From the human T2T-CHM13v2.0 reference genome, Homo sapiens, in assembly GCF_009914755.1 (NCBI RefSeq), contig NC_060930.1: 64,000 nucleotides of DNA; one strand, given 5' to 3'. Shown one piece after another: positions 48,547-62,999 of this stretch (position 1 is its first letter; each line of letters begins with the position of its first letter). The translations under genes and the position numbers were made by a program. Under the pieces are notes generated by a model. That model made no database searches and had not been told where the DNA came from. It saw nothing but the letters and a program-made list of their open reading frames with translations.

Positions 48547-48831
48547 TTTTTTTTTGAGACAGTCTTGCTCTGTCACCCAGGCCAGAGGGCAGTGGTGTGA
48601 TCTCAGCTCACTGCAACCTCCACCTCCTGGGTTCAAGGGATTCTCCTGCCTCAGTCTCCTGAGTGACTGGGATTACAGGCATGGTGCCACCACGCCCGGC
48701 TAATTTTTTATATTTTTAGTAAGAGACGGGGTTTCACCATGTGAGGCTGGTCTCGAACTCTGACCTCGTGATCTGCCCGCCTTGGCCTCCCGAAGTGCTG
48801 AGATTACAGGCGTGAGCCACCACGCCTGGCC
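48547..48831 (-). mobile_element. AluS
   Basis: TSD gctttcagatt. Confidence 0.92.
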
Positions 48832-49559
48832 TGCTTTCAGATTTCTTATGATTTTTTGTAAAAGTATGTGCTTTATTACATATTTTTTAAATGTAAATAT
48901 TTATGTTTTAAAGTAAAACCTACAGGACACATTGATTTATTTAGTGAACTGTAAAGATTATTCTGATATGATAGTATCATCTATTTTAAGTATACATGGA
49001 CCATCTCTTAACAGTTAGAAATTTTATATTGTGCCTTTTCCGTCTTAAATTCATATTTCTTCTGTTCAGTTTTCCCATAGAATCTTAATATGATATACTT
49101 TTATGTAATTGAAAATCTTTTTATTATCCTATCACACTTTAATAGAGATATCCTTCACTGAAGATAAACTTCACTGAAGCTTAACATTAAGTAGAACTCC
49201 TGCTACTAAAGTTTATTTTTTTAAAAGCTGAGTTGTCATTATAATTATTAATGAACACTTGATCTAAAAAGTATTATTACAGATATTTATAATTATTAAA
49301 TTTATTATGCAAAATAATATTGGAAATTTATCTTTTAAAATGGGTGAGGCTGATGGTTTCCCTTTTTATTCATTTAGTTCATCTATTCATTAATCTGTAT
49401 TACCTGAATGAAACTTTCAGAACAATTTTACTCTTTCTTAAAAATTGACACATAACAATTGTACATATTTATGGAGGGAAATTTCTTTTTAAACTTTTTT
49501 GTTAGATACCAGTGCTGACAAATCCTGGTTACATTCTAAATAGATAAATATGGAAATAG

Positions 49560-49957
<398 letters not shown>

Positions 49958-50149
49958 TAATCCAGTCATTAGGTACTGGCCTTCCAGATTTTGGATAAAT
50001 ATACTAAAAAAGCTTTACCAAGATTTGAATAGCTAGTATACTTGTTACTTTTAGGTTTCTTTGTTTTGTTTTGTTTTAACCAAATACTCTCAGAAGTAAT
50101 TGGAAAAACTGAAATCTTGTTAATTTCTATATGCTTTTGCCAATACAGC

Positions 50150-50463
<314 letters not shown>

Positions 50464-50596
50464 TGAGGATTTAAAAGTTGATTACCATGACTAAAGCTAC
50501 CATGCTTGATAATCCTTCAGAAGATCTTTGTGTGTCCCAGGGATATATACATATATCTACTTGGATTTTGAATAGCTTACAGGTAATGTATAGGTC

Positions 50597-51415
<819 letters not shown>

Positions 51416-52332
51416 GGTCCATATGGATCATTGGTTTAAACTATTATAGACTGGTTTCTCCATTTGAAAATGAGTGTGGAATTAAGAGAAATCCTTTATT
51501 AAATTTAGTTCACAGTGTCTTCATATCTTTCCCCTTCTCTTTCACAGAATCTTCTCTTTGTCTTTGGGCTTCTGCAGTTTCACTGTGCTTCTTTTAAGGG
51601 ATTTATATCTTTTGTTAGTTAAGAAAACATTTTAGTCATTATCTCTGTGGATTTTACCTTTCTACATTATTATTTCTAGACCTCCTAATAGACATAAAAC
51701 CATCATTTAAAAAAAAAAATCCGTAACCTATATTTTATGTTTAAAAGCAAAAAAGGAAAAAAAATGGCTAATGGAATGAAGAAGTATATCTCTGTACCGT
51801 ATTCTTAATAATTTCTTTAGCTCTATCTTCCAATTTACTTTTATCTTTAGCTCTAAGCTGCTATTTAATCCATACATTGGATTTTTTTTTTTTACTTTTA
51901 AAAGATTTCAATGACATTTATCATTTATAGAACTGCTGTTGGTTCTCTTTCAAAGTTGTATTTTCGATAGTGTGTCTAATTTTTTACTGTTTCAATTCTT
52001 TGTTTTTCAGAATTTAAGTGCTTTTAACATACATATGTCTCTAACTTAATGGTTTCTATTAGGTTGTCTTATTATCTGATATTCTTCGGTGCTAAACTTC
52101 CTGAATATCAGTACTTTACTTAAATTACATGATGTGATAATTTTGGGTGGAAGATAACATTGATAATTTTCACATATTTAGTATTCTCAATGAACTATTC
52201 ATTGATGCAGCAAATACATATTGAGCACAGTGTTCTAAGTGTTGGAGCAAAACAGACTTTTTTTGTTCTTGTGGAACTTAAATTCTAATAACTTGCTATG
52301 CTTATTAGTTACTTAATGATTAATGTTATAAA

Positions 52333-52661
52333 CAGGAGTTGTCACATTAAGGCTCTACCCTGAAGTCTATTGTCTGTTAGCTACAGTGGTTTTTACGTTT
52401 TTAAATGCTTGGAAGAAAGAATCAAATGAATTCTATTTCATGACATGTGAGCATAATATAAAACTCAAATCTGTGTCCATAAGTAAAGTTTTCTTGGAAA
52501 ACAGCCATGCTTATTTATAAATTGTCTATGGCCACTTTTGTGCTACAACAACAGATTTGAATATTTGGACAGAGTTGAGTAGATACAACAGAGACTATAT
52601 GATCAAGAAAGCCTACAATACTTACTTTTAGCCCTTGGCAGAAAAAGTTTGCTGATCCCTG
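52333..52661. mobile_element. MER58B-like hAT element
   Basis: aagttttcttggaaaacagccatgc...aaaagtttgctgatccctg. Confidence 0.75.
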
Positions 52662-53119
52662 TATCAGTGTTTATTTTGTATAAATGTATTTCATAGATTG
52701 ATATCCGGAGGCCCCCTTAAAGACTCCCAGTGAATGACTGAGACCCCAGAAAATAGTGGATATATATCCTCGGATGAAGCATTGATGAAACCATTCCATA
52801 AACAAGTGACTGTCACCCACACTTTGATTGTGTTGCCAGGACACAGGCAGATATTTTTTGTTTTTGTTTCTGGGAGCGTGTGGGTTCTTAAACACTCTGG
52901 ACAGTAATACCTGGCTTTATCATATGCCTGACAGCATTGCTGCATAGTACCAGAGTTAAGCTGTCCTTTCATGTTTTATGCCCTGGTGCATTTTTATGAA
53001 TTAGTATGTACTTCCCTTGCCTGAGCATTATTCATAATCTCTGAAAAATTTAAGTGATACCATAGCAGAACTTTAGAGACAACCTTAGTAGCTACTAATA
53101 GAGGAGTGGTTAAATTAAA

Positions 53120-53198
53120 ATTTTTTTTGGAACGCAATTGACTGTTAGTAACTGATACCACAGAAAGCAAAACCATCGATAAAGGGGGACTACTATGT
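53120..53198. mobile_element. Tigger2/MER8 terminal fragment
   Basis: gtaactga..cagaaagcaaaacc..gataaagggggactact end. Confidence 0.6.
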
Positions 53199-54440
53199 AG
53201 TATTTTTGGATAAGTCCTGTGTTAACCAGTCAGAATAGCAAACTCTAGGCTTGCCAATAACTGTCCACTTTCTAGAATTGTCATGAGATTTATATGAGAT
53301 GATGTAATTCACATAGTATATGACACTAGCAGTTTTCTGGAAATAGCTACATTTTGTTATTATTAAATGCAGTGTTATTGAACCTTTGTAAACTGATGTT
53401 TCTTTGCAAATAATGTTTATAGTTGCAGGTCTGACATCAGTAAGGTCCATGTTTGTAATTGGTTTTCTAGTCATTTGATCTCTTTTCGAACAAATGGATT
53501 CATCTATTCACAGTAGTTCTCTTGATGCTGTGCTTGCATTACCTGGAAAACTGTCTTAGGCTGGGGTAGGGCGGTGGATTTAAAGTTTTAGGGACTTCCA
53601 GACTGAATATATCATCATGATTTTATTAATGGGAGTACTCTAATCTGTGAGATAATCAGCCATAAAATTTTAAAAACTTATTTACACCTTATTTCCTCCC
53701 AGTAATTTGATGTAGATTACCAAATTAGCACAAATAAAATAATGGAAAATCAAAACAATTAGGAGGTGAGTAGATGTGCCAGGATGCTAAAATAATTTAT
53801 ATGTTGTATTTTAATTCAACAGTTGTCTCTGAATTTTCTGGGAACTGAAATTGTGTCCTGTAATTTTATAATTGTATGATAAAGGAATCTTTACAAATTT
53901 ATTTTGCTCCTTTTGCCTGTTATATACTGTGATCTCTCTAAAGTGATTGTTACTGATATGTTTATATTATTATTTGCATCTATTGAAGTATAAAGTATCA
54001 ATTTCTGCCTGTACAGAAACTTTGATACTAAGGCAAAAGTTCTTATACATAAGCACAAGTTGAAATGACAGCCGATTGCCATATTTGGCTGTAGTGTTCT
54101 CCAGATAGCAGCAAGGCCTGATAAGCAGGGGAAATGCTTACTTTTTACTCTCTGGAGAAAGCTATCCTAAGATCCTCTACCCTAATTGTCTCAAATATCT
54201 TTGGAAAGATTCACATGAAAAGAAAGTAATACAATAAACCTCCATGTTCCTACAAATTTGCATTGTCTTTAGGAAAAAAAAAGTAGGCAGTTGAATTATT
54301 CTTAAATCCATGCCAATGCTATCCACCATCATTCCCAATAGCTGTATGTTTTTACTACTTTTAAATGGTTTTCAAATAGTTGTTGATAGATTGTCACATT
54401 ATAGCATTTTTGACTCATATTTCTGGATCTTTTTTTACAG

Positions 54441-54586
54441 TTAAATCGTCGATCTGAAATTGTTGCTAATAGCTCTGGTGAATTCATCTTGAAGACATAT
54501 GTAAGACGAAACAAGTCTGAAAGTTTTAAAACTTTGAAAGGCAACCCAATTGGACTTAACATGTTGAGCAACAATAAGAAATTGAG
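54441..54586 (+). CDS. SENP6: SENP6 coding exon 4 ([48 protein letters not shown], 146 nt)
   Basis: ttttttacag acceptor, GAG|GTATAG donor, open frame matching SENP6. Confidence 0.97.
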
Positions 54587-55184
54587 GTATAGGCACTTCA
54601 CCACACATTCCTACAGAAAAGATAAAGGAAGAGTTTGACACCAAAAACTTAGAAGCTAATAGGCCCAACCTGTACCTTTTCTTCTGAATTTGTCTATAGG
54701 GCCAAGAGGTAGCATGGTCCCAGTATGTGGATTCTTTGCTTTGAATCTTAGGAGTAGGATTGATTGCAGTGTCTCTTGTTTCTGAATAAAACATTGCAAG
54801 AAATACTTTGTTAGGGTGGGATATCATGATTTTGCTTTCATACATTTAGTAGAATCTCAGTCATAATATTTGAAGAAGCACAATAGAGTGGTGTGGTCAT
54901 GTCTCCTTTAGGAAATACTAATCAGGATTGTCTCAATAGGGGACTTAAAAATTTCTTATTCCTCCTTTTTACAATAGTGAACCACCATTATTGGTAGGAT
55001 TGGGTATCAGTAGCAACTCAGAAATAGGGTTGAAAGTCACTTTTATTTCTGCTGTCTCAATTTATACATAGACAAATGAAGTACATAAAAGCTCAGTAAC
55101 TTTCAAGTCAGTGGCAAAATCAGAAATAGTATTTAGGACTCCTGATTTTTATTTTAGTATTCTGCTTTATTTTTTAAATTTTCT

Positions 55185-55352
55185 CAACCTCCGCCTCCCG
55201 GGTTCAAGTGATTCTCCTGCTTCATCCTCCCGAGTAGCTGGGATTACAGGTGCCCACCACCATGCCCAGCTAATTTTTATATTTGTTATTAGAGACGGGG
55301 TTACAGCATGTTGGCTGGGCTGGTCTCGATCTCCTGACCTCAGGTGATCTGC
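55185..55352 (-). mobile_element. Alu internal fragment, truncated at both ends, no tail
   Basis: Antisense Alu middle part flanked by a tattttt(t)aaatttt(t)ct duplication. Confidence 0.88.
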
Positions 55353-55566
55353 TATTTTTAAATTTTTCTTTAATTGGATTGGAAACATTTGAAAGACAAA
55401 TTCAGGAAATGGAAAACTCCCAAAAGACAATTGGGTTTATCCATAAATTTTTTGTTGTTGTTGGTAAAGGTTTTTGTGTGTTTGTTCAGATTTTAAAAGA
55501 TTTTTTTTATAAATGTGTATATAATTTTTCCGTGTTCAAGTTATTTTTTGTTTCTTGAATCTGCAG

Positions 55567-55671
55567 TGAAAATATGCAAAATACGTCATTATGTTCTGGA
55601 ACTGTAGTTCATGGTAGACGTTTTCATCATGCTCATGCACAGATACCAGTAGTAAAAACAGCAGCCCAAAG
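55567..55671 (+). CDS. SENP6: SENP6 coding exon 5 ([35 protein letters not shown], 105 nt)
   Basis: ctgcag acceptor, AAG|GTAAGA donor, phase 2/2, open frame. Confidence 0.97.
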
Positions 55672-57735
55672 GTAAGAATTCTAATTGTCTTTGGTTAGTA
55701 TATACATGGCATCTTCTTCAATAGGTTTTCACTTTTTTTAACCATTTTTTTCCTTTGTGAAACCTTACTGTTTTCACTGTCTGTAGAGAGATATATCTCT
55801 GAAATAATTCATGACATGAAATTATACTATTTTATATCTGCTTTTGAGTAATCAGATTCTGTAAATAGAGAATTTTTCACTAAGACCTGTTGTATTGCAT
55901 TATAATCCAGAGAATCTAAGATGATACTGAAACTGATTTACAATATTGACCTGAAAGTGTTTGACTGAGATATCTTCAGTTGGTAGTTTAGCTCTGAAGA
56001 GTAAAATTACAGTTAATACCGTACTTTCTTTATAAGGCTTATAAGAGTTCATAGCATCAAAACAAGTCACATTAGTTTTAAATGTTGGAGAAAATGTTAT
56101 TTTGTAGTTGTAGTTAGATTTAGGAGTTCTCATTGATCTTGAAAGTACTGCTTGAGTCAAAATAATGAAAGTAACATTTAGGGAACCATTTTTGGAATGT
56201 TACATGACCTTTCAGTTGACTGAAATTCTTAGGCTACAAGAGTTAAATAAATAATTTGTTTATTGCATTATAAACAGTTCCTTATAACTAGTAACATTTT
56301 AAGATTTGGCATATATTTTAGATACTGTTCTTCATTTTTTAAAAATGTAATATCTAGACTGCTCGTCATTTAGAAGACACGTCCTGAACCTTGCTATATT
56401 TTTCTGTTTACATAGATGGGCTATCAGATCTTTTACTTAAAAATGTTAAGTAACCTCATACTTTATGATAAACCAACCTTTTGTTTTTGCCTTAAATGTA
56501 TTATTGTATCAAATAGTGTTCACCTGAGATGCTTGAGAAACTTAAAAGGACAAATTACTGTGCAGACCAAAAATTGGCTTACTCTACTGCAAAGTATACA
56601 AGCTCTCTGGCCTACATATGGCAAAAACATGAGAATAAACAATAAAAGGAGAGTAATTAGGGGAGAGAAAAAGAGTAGACACATTCTTATGCCCTGATCA
56701 TACTAATAGAAACCATTGCTGATAAAGCTGACTTAATATTCTGATAATGTAGTCTAAGTTTGAAATACTAACTTAAACCTTATAATCAATTTAGGTGATT
56801 CATTTACAACCAAAATTATTACATTATTTTTGCTTTTGAAGTTGTCTGTTAGTTTGGAATTACTAGTGACCTATTTTCCATTCCTCATTTCCTCACTGGT
56901 AATGTTAAAAAAAAACAACCCGTTAATAGTCTGGAAATTGGGTTGCGATTTGTTTTACTCTAGGTCTCAACACCTATAACATTTTGCATGTGTATTATTG
57001 CTCATTTACATAAAAGATTAGATTCAGTTCATATGAACTAGTTTATACTGGTAAAATGTTTCTTTAAAAACAACAACCTGAGTTAATTTGTATTTAAGAA
57101 ATAATCCTAATTGAAAAATTCTTAATGATTAGGGGCAGCAAAGAAAACTGTATAATCAAGTCAGCAGGACAGATTCTACTTACATTTGTCTTTTATTTAT
57201 TCTGTATAAGAATAAGCATTTCTTATTCCAACTGCAGTATGACTGTCACTAAAAAGATTTTGATGTTCAAAGACAAGTCATTGAGAGTTTTTCGGTTTTC
57301 TTCCTTCAAAAACATTGAATGATTTTATGCTACATACCAGGCATAGATGAGGTGCATAAAGATGAATATGATAAAATCTCTACCAGTAAAGCTCAAGTTT
57401 GATTGCAGTAGAGATTGATTAGGGTACAGAAAGACAAGTAAACAAATGATTACATGCATGGTTAGGGCAGCAGTAGAGCTATACAAAATACGTGTAGTAA
57501 AAACTACAGAGAAGGGAACAAGAATTTATAAAGGAAACATTAAAGGAGTTTTTGAGTTTACCAGGTAGAAGAAGAAACTGCATGCAGTAGGAATCACGTC
57601 TTCAAAGGCACAAAGAAAGGCTTTAACTAAGATTGTTGCTTCCAGGGATTTAGCACAATTGTTAGACTTCAGGTGAGGGTAAACACATTGGCTTTTACAG
57701 CTTCTCCTAAATTTTCTTATTTTCTGAAGTCTTAA

Positions 57736-58035
57736 TTTTTTTTTTTTTTTTTAATTATAGAGATAGGGTTTTGCTCTGTTGCCCAGGCTGTAGTGTAGTG
57801 TCTCAGTCATAGCTCACTGCAGCCTCAAACTTCTGGTCTCAAGCAATCCTTCCACTTCAGCCTCCTGAGTAACTAGGACTGCAGGCATGCACCACCGCAC
57901 CAGGCTAACTTTAAAAAAATTTTTTTTGTAGAGACGTGGTCTCACTTTGTTACTTAGGCTGGTCTCCAGCTTCAAGCAGTCCTGCCTCAGCACCGTAAAG
58001 TGCTGGAATTACAGGCCTGAGCACTGCACCTGTCT
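57736..58035 (-). mobile_element. AluJ-like
   Basis: TSD aagtctta. Confidence 0.9.
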
Positions 58036-58510
58036 CAAGTCTTATAATAATTTGAAATGAAAACAAAAGCCATCCATCTGGTAATTCATACATAGTGTAT
58101 TCTTGGGGTGAGTGGTATATCTTGTCTTTTAAGTAAATCAGTCCTGCTAAAATCTGAGTAATTCATAGTTCTTTAGTAATAATATGGGAACGAGTGCTTT
58201 ACACCTTTTTATCTAAACAGAATGGTGAAGTTTGTTAAAATACCACATTAGATTAGGTAGTCTTTGGGTCATAATTAAGATTCCAATCTATTTTCTTAAC
58301 TGCTATTCCAAATGTTAAATTCATATTTAAAAGATAGATTGTTTATACACTAATAGTGATAGAGAAGTATGGAAAAAAATGCAGAAATTTAAAAGTCTGT
58401 AGTTCATACCATCCCTGCCCCTAACTTCAATCTGACTTGTTGAAACAACACATTTTATGGGTTGATGTTTTACTTACACTTTCACATTTTTTGACTTTTT
58501 ATTAAGTATA

Positions 58511-58582
58511 GATAAAAAGACTTATAAGAACCTTATAAGAAATTCTTGTAATTCTTATAAGGTTCTTAGAAGTCTTTTTATC
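58511..58582. repeat. Near-perfect inverted repeat, 31-bp arms, 10-nt loop
   Basis: Arms 58511-58541 and 58552-58582 are complementary at 30/31 positions. Confidence 0.92.
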
Positions 58583-58719
58583 ATCTTTATCTTTTAAGTC
58601 TTCCCCCGCAACTTAGGGGGATATGGATGTCTATGAAAGCATATATAATTCATAAATAGGAATATGGGCTCCTAGAATAAGTAATATTTAATTATTAGTG
58701 AAAAGCACCATTTTGAGAG

Positions 58720-59047
<328 letters not shown>

Positions 59048-59406
59048 TAAATGAGGTCATTGATACCAGAATTTATCTATTAGTCTTTTTCCCTTTTCTT
59101 TTGTTTTTTTTTTTTTTAATTTTAAGGCCACAGTTATAGTACTAATTGAAGGTAATTTTTCTTTTCTATATTGTATGAAATAGTCCAACAAGAATGTAAG
59201 TTGACATTTTTACAAAGTCCTACATTACTAATAATGACTTTTCCCCGGTTTTATGTTTTATTTTAACATGAAAGCAACTCTAGGGCAGGACTTGATAAAA
59301 ACACATATTGAAGGTACCTGTAAGAATACCATGACTTGTTAATCAGATACATTATAATGAATGCATTTTTTCTCAAGGATAAGAAAAATGAGCATTGATG
59401 TGTCTT

Positions 59407-59414
59407 TGTGTGTG

Positions 59415-59501
<87 letters not shown>

Positions 59502-59506
59502 TTTTT
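59407..59506. repeat. Compound (TG)n(TA)n(T)23 microsatellite
   Basis: (GT)23 at 59417-59462, (AT)n, T23 at 59484-59506. Confidence 0.95.
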
Positions 59507-59630
59507 AACTGTTTTCCTTTTCCTAACTCCCTTGGCTTATTGGGAAGTATTATACCTAACCCGTTTCTTCTACCTCTGTTTTTCTACCTATTTCCTTTCC
59601 TCTGTACAGGTGAGTATAAAAAACAACAGA

Positions 59631-59922
59631 GGCCGGACATGGTTGACTTAGACCTGTAATCCCAGCACTTTGGGAGGGCAAAATAGGAGGATAGCCTGAG
59701 CCCAGGAGTTCGAGACCAGCCTTACCAACATGGCGAAATCTTGTCTCCATAAAAAATACAAACATTAGCCAGGCATAGTGGTGCACACTTGTAGTCCCAG
59801 CTGCTCAAGGTGGGAGAATCACCTGAGCCTAGGGAGATCAAGGCTACAGTGAGCTGTGGTTGTGCCACTGCACTCCAGCCTGGGTGACAGAGCCAGACCC
59901 TGTCATCTCAAAAACAAAAACA
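59631..59922 (+). mobile_element. AluJ-like
   Basis: Dimer; aaaaacaa duplicated on both flanks. Confidence 0.88.
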
Positions 59923-61164
59923 AGAGAGTACTAAACTGTTCTTATTTTTTGGGCACAGCAGTATAGAATTGGAAGTGGCTACATTAGGTATTAATGCCTA
60001 ACTGTTGGTTTTCATTTTGCTTTTTCTGGAAATGCAGCTATATAAGAAATAAATACATAGGATAGGACAGACTAGATTTAAACTTTTATGTTTATATTTT
60101 GCTTCGCTTCTTTAATAGGGATGTGATTATATTCCCTTGTTTTTCTGTCATTTATCTAACCTATGTGTTTTTTAGTAGCAAAGATAAAATTTCAGATATA
60201 TTAATGTACATTTATAATATTCTTTTCCTTTTGAAAATTTTTTTTAAATTTGTATATTTTTAATGTGTTCATGTAAAAACAAGTTACTATATTTTTTTTC
60301 TTCATTTGCTAGGATTAAATTGGTATTTTAGTTGCATACTCCACATGATAGGAGTATAAGAATTGATATAGGAATTTGGGGATTTTGTAAATTATGCTTT
60401 GCTTACAGTTAGTTCCAAATATTTCATTCCTTTTATAATAAGGATAAATAATATTAGACATGAATCTCATTTTATTCTAAATTGAGGGCTTATATAATTT
60501 CATTCTCGAGTAATTGATGTTAATAGCTTTTTGGAGTTTTCATGAACTATGGAGAAGGGTGGAACTTTTATACATTGGACTTGTGATAGGAAGCCAAGAT
60601 TTTAAATTATAGGCTTTTCCTTGTGTCCCAAATCATATACCATATTTAATCTAAGACTTTTGTGCAAAAATTTCAGCCTTAAAAAATTTTTTTTCTTACT
60701 CCAAAGGAAATAATCATACCTGATATTAGGATCAGTCTGGAACCAGTAAAAATTTTATAACTTCTAGGAAATGCTATTGTTTCTTGAAGACTATTTCTGT
60801 AACAACAGTAGTCTCCTCCTTATTTGTGGTTTGATTTAACCATTCCCTTATTAGTAGATACTGAAGTTGTTTCTGAATTTGCTATGATAACATTATTGAA
60901 TTTTTCAGATATTGAGAATTATGTCCAGGTGAGGGAAGTACATACTATTTATAAAAGTACAAAGGAGGTACCATGGCATTAAACATGAAAGGACAAGCTA
61001 ACTCTTCTGCTATGTAGCAACACTCTCGGGCATATAATAAAACCAGGTGTAGTATACAGAGCAAAAAACCCATGTGCTCACAAAAACATTTGCTCGTCTT
61101 CTGGCAATGTAATCAGAAAGTGTGGTTGACACCCATTTTATTTATGAAATGTTTTTACCAATGC

Positions 61165-61260
61165 TTCATTTTGGTATATTGGATTCGGTACTATCATCAG
61201 TTTCAGGCACCCATTGGGGGTCTTGGAAAGGATCGTTAGAGAATAGCAGGGAATATTGTA
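61165..61260. mobile_element. Tigger7/MER44-like terminal fragment
   Basis: ttcggtactatc..tttcaggcacccattgggggtcttggaa. Confidence 0.6.
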
Positions 61261-61539
61261 TTCTAACATATCTTCAAGTATTTGATAGTTAAAGCCCTTT
61301 TAAGATTTTTTTATATTTTTGTGTATTCATCTTCCTGTTTGTTTATTTTGTATATTGACAGAAATCGAAAAACAATTTAGACATGACTCAAAACATAGTA
61401 TATTATATATATATAATGTATTTAAAACAAGTTGATCACAGTATAATTTTGCCTTAATGACTATAGTTACTGCAACTACAGTGATATATCAACAATGAGG
61501 TCTTGCCTCTTATATTTTTTTTCTTTTTCATGTTTTAAG

Positions 61540-61560
61540 CAGTCTGGACCGAAAAGAAAG
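61540..61560 (+). CDS. SENP6: SENP6 coding exon 6, 21-nt microexon (SSLDRKER junction)
   Basis: Long polypyrimidine tract, tandem AAG/CAG acceptor, AAG|GTAAGC donor; frame-preserving; matches ...AAQSSLDRKER of SENP6. Confidence 0.92.
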
Positions 61561-61664
61561 GTAAGCTTAATATTGAAGAAATTAGAGCATGGATATAGTG
61601 GTAAAATATAAAATTATTTATATGTTTTGAAAAATATTGGTTGAATTAGAGTTTATAATTAAAG

Positions 61665-62020
61665 CTTTTTTTAATTTTAAAGTTTTAGTTGACATGTAAT
61701 AATTGTACATATTTATAGGATACAGAGTAATATATCAATACAGGTATACAATGTGTATGATCAGATCAGGGTAATTAGTATATCCATCACCTCAAACATT
61801 TTTTGTTCCTTTGTGTTGTCAGCATTCAAAGTCCCTTTTTCTGGCTTTTTGAAAACAAAAAATAAATTATAGTTAACCATATTCACCCTATAGTGCCACA
61901 GAAAGTGAGAACTCATTCTTCCTGTCTAGCTGTAATTTTGTATTTGTGAACCCACCTCCCTCCATCCTCTCCTCCCCTACCCTTCCCAGCCTACAGTATC
62001 CACAGTTCTACTCTCTATAA
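61665..62020 (-). mobile_element. L1MA-like 3' end fragment
   Basis: ataattgtacatatttat..gatcagggtaattag..tccatcacctcaaacatt. Confidence 0.75.
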
Positions 62021-62550
62021 TAAAAGGAAACTTGTTGACAGTACAACATGGTATTTGGCTTATATAGGTGGTATTTGAGGCTCATTCTGAATGTACATTT
62101 TTCTATAATGGTTATATATATTTATGCTAATAAGTGACTCCTTTCTTTTAAAATAGAATATTTCAGTGCTTTAGTAGTAAAATTGCTTTCAGTTACATCA
62201 TCAAAATCTTTATCATTATATTTTAGTGATAATACCCTTGTTTTTATGCTTTAATAGACTGGGGGAGGGAGAGGGAAATGTATTAAACACCTTAAGCTTA
62301 GAGTTAAAACTTTAAACATCAAGTGTATTCTCTTCTGACTGAAAGGTTTGTAAGAGAATTTTGTGATCAGTCTTCTATCATTATTTGTTCTCTTTGTAAG
62401 AACACTGGCAGACACATGTTGTTCTTTTAGAGGATATTTGAATGGTATAAATGGCATGGAAAAGTGTTTAAGAAAACACACACATTTCTTTGAACATTTC
62501 AAAGTAAAATGATCATAATTGTTCTAAAGTGGGTATCCATAAGAGTAGCT

Positions 62551-62685
62551 GGACTGGGCAAGGTGGCTCACACCTATAATCTTAGTACTTTGGGAGGGCA
62601 AAGCGGGAGTATCTCTTGAGCCCAGGAGTTCCAGACTAGCCTTGGCAACATAGGAAGGCCCTGTCTCTACAAAAAAATAAAATAA
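62551..62685 (+). mobile_element. FLAM-type Alu monomer
   Basis: Left monomer with A tail. Confidence 0.8.
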
Positions 62686-62999
62686 TTGGCCTGGAGTAGG
62701 TAGTAAGACAGTAAACAAACTGGAAAGTCCAGCTATTTTTAATTTCCAACCAAACTGTTGAATCAATTAAAAAAAAAAACGAGTCTATAGTGCCTTTCAA
62801 ATGCCTGAATTTTGACATTTGTACATCAGCTGATGGATTAATATTTTGAATTGCTATGTGATGGCTCTGCATGGGCATGGTGGCCAGTGCTTCAGTTTTG
62901 ACAGCATTACCATCCTTGGTGATGACATGGACAGCAATGTTTCTACAATTGTTTGAAATGGTAAATATATTTTTGATTACATGCTGCCTTTTAGGCATA

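Noticed and set aside
49153-49179. CTTCACTGAAG repeated twice
   Set aside because: 11-bp local duplication; too short to support any function
52690-52850. Non-repeat block after a tttcatag acceptor as an ncRNA or exon
   Set aside because: No recognisable RNA family motif and no good donor site
60909-60928. 20-nt candidate microexon (tttttcag...CAG|GTGAGG)
   Set aside because: Very short pyrimidine tract, frameshifting, no supporting context; plausible by chance
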